DNA from: Atractiella rhizophila
Lineage: Eukaryota
Direction of reading: 5' to 3'
DNA length: 41,790 nt
Assembly: GCA_021432655.1 (NCBI GenBank)
Contig: MU271584.1
Span: 1 to 41,790 of the forward strand
Shown one piece after another: positions 35,975 through 41,790 of this stretch. A program made the translations under genes and the position numbers. The notes under the pieces were generated by a model. That model ran no database searches. It worked only from the letters and a program-made list of their open reading frames with translations, and was not told where the DNA came from. Within the stretch, counting starts at the first letter, position 1. The number at the start of each line of letters is the position of its first letter.

Positions 35975-37124
35975 GTTGAGTATTATCGCTGTTGCTTCAG
36001 TTATCTGAGGATCTGAAAATGATATGCGGGACAAGATCTGAGAGAAGCGATTCAGAAGAGAACGCCTTTAAAATCGAGCACTGCTAGCGACTCAGTAAGC
36101 GAGAAATGAACTTGTCGGAGCAAGTGTTTTGCCTGGAGGATCGGAGATGAGGAAAATGTGCAAATGCGGGACAGCAGAATTCGGTCAAGCTGCCAAAGTC
36201 AGTGCCAAAGTCAGAAGAGTCTCAGAAGGGAAGGAACCACGCGGACTACAACTCGCAATTGAGATAAAGATAATCAAGTGAAGTGAGATCGTATCAAGCA
36301 AGATACGCTGCGCACGGATACCTCCGGAAGCAAAAGTGCTTGTTTTGCCGCAGTCCTTTGTTCCAAATGAGAAAATAGCCGATAACATTTCCTCTGCCAT
36401 TTAATCTTCAACTTCTAAACAACTGAGCATCAAGCACCCGACATGTCGACACGCGGTGCCTGGCGCCAGCTTCCTTACGATCTACGACGGCCAGTGAACC
36501 TCCCCCCAAACCGGTTCCAGCGCTCCGTCCAACTTTTCACCTGGGTCACCCTTGCTGGTCCGTCGTCCGCCATTCTCTTTTCATAGTGGGTTAGCTGATG
36601 GGCGCTCGAAAGCTACTGGAGCATATTTTGTCTTTTATCATGATTTTGGGCCAATGGAGAACTCTTTCACACCCGTATGCCTTCCTCTTCCTCATTCATG
36701 AATACAGCGAGCGTTAACTGAGGACGAACGAATAGATTCGACAAGCTCTTAAGATAGATAAATACGAACACCCCGTTCCTGCTTCCATGCCCATGCCAAA
36801 TTTTACACCTCGATATGAGCCGGTGAAGTCGAGGGATTATCATTCCAAAGAATGGAAAAGGGCAAGGGCAAGGGAAGAGATGGAAAGCAGAGCGAAGGAG
36901 GAAGAGTCTGGAAGTTCATAGCGATAAGTCTAGCCGGTGTGTGTTTAATTTCTCGTGTATATTTGCATTCCGTCATTCCTCTCAAAAATACAACTTGATT
37001 CCTTTTGCACGAAGTCACAAGAGAGATAATACAGTACCCATACATACACATTCGATATTGTTCAACAGCGCCGCATATATACAGCGTGTATTATCCGCTT
37101 TACTTAATTCCTTCATCCTGGTAC

Positions 37125-38167
37125 TCATTTGCCAGTTAGCTTTGGACCCAACCACTTGTCGAGTCCTAGACCTCTCAAGATAGAGGTCAAACCTGTCGCG
37201 CCGACTTGACACAATTGCATCAGTTTGCTTTCTGCATCAAAGGGCGGAGAAAGGGAAGGACTTACGGATGCCTCTGAGCAGCCCGTCAAGACCCAGACCG
37301 CTCAACAAATTGGCGACCAGGTTGAGAACTCCTGAGAGGAGGAGACCGATTCCGCCTACAATTTGAGTGAGAGGTTGTCCGAGGGCATCAAGGAGTGGTC
37401 CCTGGTTCAATCCGTGTTTGTCGGCATTTAGTCTGATTGTGAGAAAGAGGCTGATACGCACGAGATCCTTCTTCGCTTTGGGGAAAGAGTCCAGTTTGCC
37501 TTTTGCCCATTCAATGGTGCCTCCGACTTCTTCGATCAACTGTTTTCTTCTTAATACGGAGGAGAGAAGATAGTACGAGGGAACATACGACTTTGAGAGC
37601 TTCCGCTAGACGTTGTTCTTCTGGAGTTGCTGTTCCCACCACGCTTCGTTAGTACATACTGACTTGGTGTGCAATGACGGCAAGCGAACCGCTATGGTCC
37701 TCCTTGTGTCTCTTCGCCGCGTTCGTCAATCGATGATCCGGATCCGCACCCTTGATTGCTCCTTGTGTCTGCTCCAAAATGGACGTCGCCTGCTCAAGGA
37801 GAGGCTTGACGGCTTTCACTAGTTCACCTTCGTCTCTATCTTCTTCCTTCTTCGCTTCCTGATTCTCTATATGCTACGACCCCGACACAGCACAGACCGC
37901 TTGATCTTAGCTTTGACATTGCAGAAAGCAAGAAGGGAAGCGAACCTTTCGGATCATCTTGACGATGGGCACGACCTTCTCGTTTGCGTCCTCGATGAGG
38001 ATGGACAGTCGGACAGCGAGCTCCTTGTCCTGTTTCTCCTGCTCTTCCTTGGATTTTGTATCACCTCCACCTTGAGGAGGAGGGATGGCAACTTCTCCGC
38101 CTCCAGCGTCGGAAGGGAGATCTGGGACGTTCTTCTGTATTTTGATCTGGTCTCCAAAGTCTGACAT
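37125..38167 (-). CDS. DUF6987-like helical protein (stand-alone form of the C-terminal domain of fungal LEA-like proteins)
   Basis: DKELAVRLSILIEDANEKVVPIVKMI, DEGELVKAVKPLLEQA..GAIKGADPD, KLDSFPKAKKDLGPLLDALGQPLTQIVGGIGLLLSGVLNLVANLLSGLGLDGLL; last exon LGATGLTSILRGLGLDKWLGPKLTGK*. The family name is from recall. Confidence 0.75.
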
Positions 38168-38504
38168 GTCTGTGAATTCTGTTTGGGAATGTAAGCTTCG
38201 ATTTGATGATCTGTCTGAACTAGATCGGTGATTGTTTCGTAGCTCTTGTTCTGGTTCTGGATCGGGTGAAACGAAGTGGTCTGCTTCGAGAGAACTTGTG
38301 GAAGGGGAAGAGTTTTGGGATTTGGGAAAGGCACCAGACAGGTGCCTTTTATGCAGTGACGGTCGACTTTGCTCATTTCCCATGAAGGATTTCGAAGGAT
38401 GATGATGTAGCTGCTATGTAAGTTGACAACGTGGCAAGTCGTCAAATGAATTGTGGGAGGCAAAAGACTCGATGGCGAGAAACTTCAAACGCAGGCTTTG
38501 AGAA

Positions 38505-38740
38505 ACGTCATGATTTATGGGATTTCCAACCGTTAGACATTTTTACAACTCTACATGTGCCACCTTCTTTGGCCCGATCTTGTGGCAATCTTTGCCCCAG
38601 TTTGCCCTCTTCTGAAGATACCAGCCAAAACTAAAAGCGCAATCTACAAGCGGGCGGAAAATGGCGCGTCATGCATTTCGACAGGAGAAGGTTAATGAAT
38701 CCACGTCACAACAGAGTTCATTATGAAGACGCGTCTTCAT
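38505..38740. promoter_or_regulatory. Candidate bidirectional promoter elements: two ACGTCA (CRE/ATF-like) sites and a perfect 18-bp palindrome
   Basis: ACGTCA at 38505-10 and 38703-08; ATGAAGACGCGTCTTCAT at 38723-40 with an ACGCGT core. All lie between the divergent starts at 38167 and 38885. Confidence 0.4.
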
Positions 38741-38884
38741 GACCTCACGCTGCCATCACAGCTTCTGTCTCGAGGAAGGGGTACAAAAGATGTGCCCCTT
38801 TCTTTTCCCTTCCTACTAAATCCAAATAATCCTTTACGAACTCCAACAAGTGACGATTTACGAAACTTCTTCCGTCTGTGAACC

Positions 38885-39395
38885 ATGTCCGAATCTCCTT
38901 CCCGCTCAGCTTCCCCAGATCCCCAACCCCAACCTGCCCCAGAATACAACCGTCAACGATCTCGTCCCATCCGCTCGCGCGATCCTTCCGTCGCCTCGAA
39001 CGCTTCCGAGGAACCCGAGGCGGGTGGAAGACGCCGAAGGAACAGGAGGAAGCAGCGCGGCGGACCTCTCGGTGGACTCGGTGGATTGGGAGACGTCGCT
39101 GGAAAAGGCGGCGCGCTTGCACCAGTCACGGATACCGTCGGTGGTGTGACGGATTCCGTGGGTAATTTGACCGGCGGCCTTCTCGGAGGTGGCCAGGAGG
39201 ATGATGAGGAGGAGGGCGGAAAGAAGGGTGGAAAGGAACCGCTCAAGTTGAGGCTGGACGTGAATTTAACTGCTGAGATTACCTTGAAAGCTAAGGTTCG
39301 TTTAAATCTACTGTTTTGCTTTTCGTAGGAGGGAGGTTAATCAATTCGCTTGTCAATAGATTCACGGGGACCTGACGCTGTCGTTGCTTTCTTAA
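38885..39395 (+). CDS. Small hydrophilic protein with conserved fungal C-terminal motif LKLRLDVNLTAEITLKAKIHGDLTLSLL (2 exons)
   Basis: ORF 38885 spliced at AAG|gttcgt..caatag|ATTCAC gives ...KAKIHGDLTLSLLS*, stop 39393-95. Gly-rich GGLGGLG..VTDTVGGVTDSVG repeats. Confidence 0.85.
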
Positions 39396-39838
39396 TCGAT
39401 GACGATATGGACTTTTCTCAACAATGATTATGGTGCGTTACTCCTATCTTCTCTTGTCTTCGTATCTCTCAACTGATTCTTGCTGGAACGCAGGAGGTTT
39501 TGTGAATAGCAGGATACCTTCGATACAAAGAGTTTAATCAGTCAAATTGTATTATGACCTTTTGTGAAAGGACTTTATCTGGCTTCGCCACTTCCCTGTA
39601 AATCTGTGCGGAGCCTTATTACAAGTTTCTGAGCTTCTCATTGGCCCTACACCCTCCTCACTCTGTTGTCTACTGTTCGAAAGGCAATGCACGTGAAACC
39701 ATTGAACATCCAATTCTTCGCCACCCTCCGTCAACGTAAAATATGGAATGCGGAGGACCAAGTCACAAGTGACCACAGTGCTTTCCTTTTCTCCAAGGTT
39801 TCTTAACTCGAAACCATCAAGAATACCTATTACACAGG

Positions 39839-41431
39839 ATGGGACAAATTCAAAAGGAAGACTTAGAAGAATGGGAATCTGGTGGAGAGACGGAAGCATG
39901 GGACAGCGAAGGTGAAGAGTGGGAAGCTGTTGCTGGAACAGGTCAAAAAAGAGCTCAAAATAATGCTGAACGAAAGGAGAAGGAGCTATCAACTGATAGC
40001 AAAGAGAAGGGAAAAGAAAAATCTCAAGACGGACAACTTGAGCCTGACACGAACGGTCCACCAGCGAAGTCAATCATGAGGCAGCCAACGCAAGCGAGTC
40101 AACTGCTACGGGACTGGGACTGGGAGGTTGACTCAATCGCAACCGAAGCTTCAAAAGCTCCAGAGTTCTCAGCTACATATCCCCCACCTCATACCCAGGA
40201 TTCCTACGAAAATCGAGATAGGAAAGTCACCATAGCGCAAGCTGACAAGTCTTCCGTTCCTTGCGATACCGTGCCAGTGGAAGAACAAGTATCTATGCCT
40301 GCCGGAATTCAACCAGGATTCGGAACCATAAAGGCTTTCTCTCCTACTCCCGAAACAGAAGAGCCTGCAGGATCGAAACCTTCTAAAACGTCGAGGAACA
40401 GGCACGGTTCGGGTTCGACGAAGAAGGCGTCCAAAGGCATATCCGCTGCATTGGCAAACCCATTTAAAGACTGTATGGAAGAAACAGGACTAAAGACGAG
40501 TGTTGGTAGCGCCAAAGTGCAATTGACGCTGGAGCTAGGCCCAGATATCGTATTTCAGGTGGTATGTCTTCGCCCCTCCCACTCCTCAACCGTACTGAAG
40601 ACGTTTTCAGACGGAAGGATGTCCTAAGTGGACGAGGGTGAGATTTTGTCGCCTCCGATATTTACTGATTTTGACCGTCACTTTCTAGAACGTGATCTAC
40701 AAGGCTTTTCACAAAAACGCAACGCGGTTCGCCTGGCTTGACGTGCTGGGGGACAAGACGTATGGGTAAGTTCCACAACTTTGCTAAATACCTGTTACTC
40801 AGTGACGCGTTTAGAGCTTTCAGCTTCAATTCCTACAACCTTGTCCCCTCCGATATGCTCAACTACGACCTTCCGGCTGAAGGGGACGTTGTGCTCTATA
40901 AGGACAATTACAGCGGCTTCCGCTTCGGCCTCTTCTTTCGTCCTGGCGCGAGGTTCTACACTCCTCGTACGTTTCGTCCCCTCTTTTAAAGTACAATCAA
41001 GATATTGATTCTATGCGCATCACGAAGGCTTGAAAATTGGCCACTTGACTCCAGAGAGCATCGAGACGTTGAGGAACCTCTCAGATTCTGGGATGTACAC
41101 CTACAAAATCGAATCCGTTGGCGCAGAACGCACTAAGACACGAGCTTCATCCAAGTCATCTGACCTGTTGCCCACATCTTCGACCGCCGTTAACAGAGAA
41201 TGGGCGCGGATAGAGACGGAAGGGGCAGCGATTGAGGTGACGCCTCCAATGTCGAGGGGTGCGCAGGCGCTTGATAGCCTGACGGATCAACAGTGGAGAA
41301 CTTTGGAGACCTTCATGCTTCTTACCGCCTCACAGGATGTGGAGCTGGCTGCGAATATGTTGGCTTGCCATGAATGGAACATGGATCAAGCGGTGGAAGT
41401 TTTTTTGGATGTTAATGCTTCCACCCAGTAG
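39839..41431 (+). CDS. Hypothetical protein with acidic disordered N-terminus, small central globular domain and C-terminal UBA-like domain
   Basis: Long first exon, several short exons in 40560-41030, and C-terminal LETFMLLTASQDVELAANMLACHEWNMDQAVEVFLD matching the UBA_4-type pattern; stop TAG at 41429-31. Confidence 0.65.
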
Positions 41432-41790
41432 TCTGTGATCTCATTTCTTCTCTTTTGAATGGCTTGGAAACTTGAGGCGATTGCTGTTGTGTTGTTGTGC
41501 TTGTACTGTCCAGGAGTTTCAGTCCAGGAGTTTCAGTTTATGGAATTGCCTCATATCTCAGGAATTGCATGATCCCTCAATATTACATTAGTTTTTCCTT
41601 TTTAGCGTCGCAGCAATCTACTTCCCGTGCTGAATATTCCAGCACCAAGCATTAAACTGCCAACAAAAATCGTGATGTTTTGAAAACCATGTGCCCCATA
41701 CGTATGTTCTTTTGTTGTAGGTTGATAAAGCAAGCTCGCAAGAGGAGGACCGGCTAGCACAGCAATCCCTTTGAGAATGGAGAGGAGGGA

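Noticed and set aside
41508..41537. 14-bp tandem duplication gtccaggagtttca x2 (a similar 12-bp duplication lies at ~36192)
   Set aside because: Simple slippage duplications; no spacers, so not a CRISPR array, and no element lies between the copies.

Overview
Gene-dense eukaryotic genomic DNA from an intron-rich fungus. It is most likely a basidiomycete, judging from the short GT-AG introns with CTRAC/CTGAT branch sites, the micro-exons and the protein families present. About 18 protein-coding genes can be assembled by hand: Arp9-like actin-related protein, small tail-anchored TPR protein, secreted protein with three tandem ricin-B-like lectin modules, mitochondrial phosphate carrier (Mir1), DUF952 protein, APH-family phosphotransferase, TFIIH subunit Tfb2, gephyrin/CnxE, PalB/Rim13 calpain, Elf1, a protein with a MULE/WRKY-GCM1-like zinc module, heptad-repeat coiled-coil protein, aldehyde dehydrogenase, a divergent DUF6987-like plus 'LRLDxNL...IHGDxTL' pair, a protein with a C-terminal UBA-like domain, and two hypothetical proteins. 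There are two pseudogenes: an HNH-domain gene and a decayed tandem paralog of the zinc-module gene. The most notable hidden feature is the apparently empty 17.5-18.3 kb region upstream of TFB2. It reads as a multi-intron non-coding 5' leader of tiny exons whose introns host box C/D snoRNA candidates: one snR58/SNORD104-like, one predicted to guide 18S C49, and one orphan. The two stronger candidates share a compensatory D'(CCTA)/C'(RTGAGGA) motif. All gene models, family assignments and rRNA pairings were made by eye from recalled sequences and need computational confirmation.
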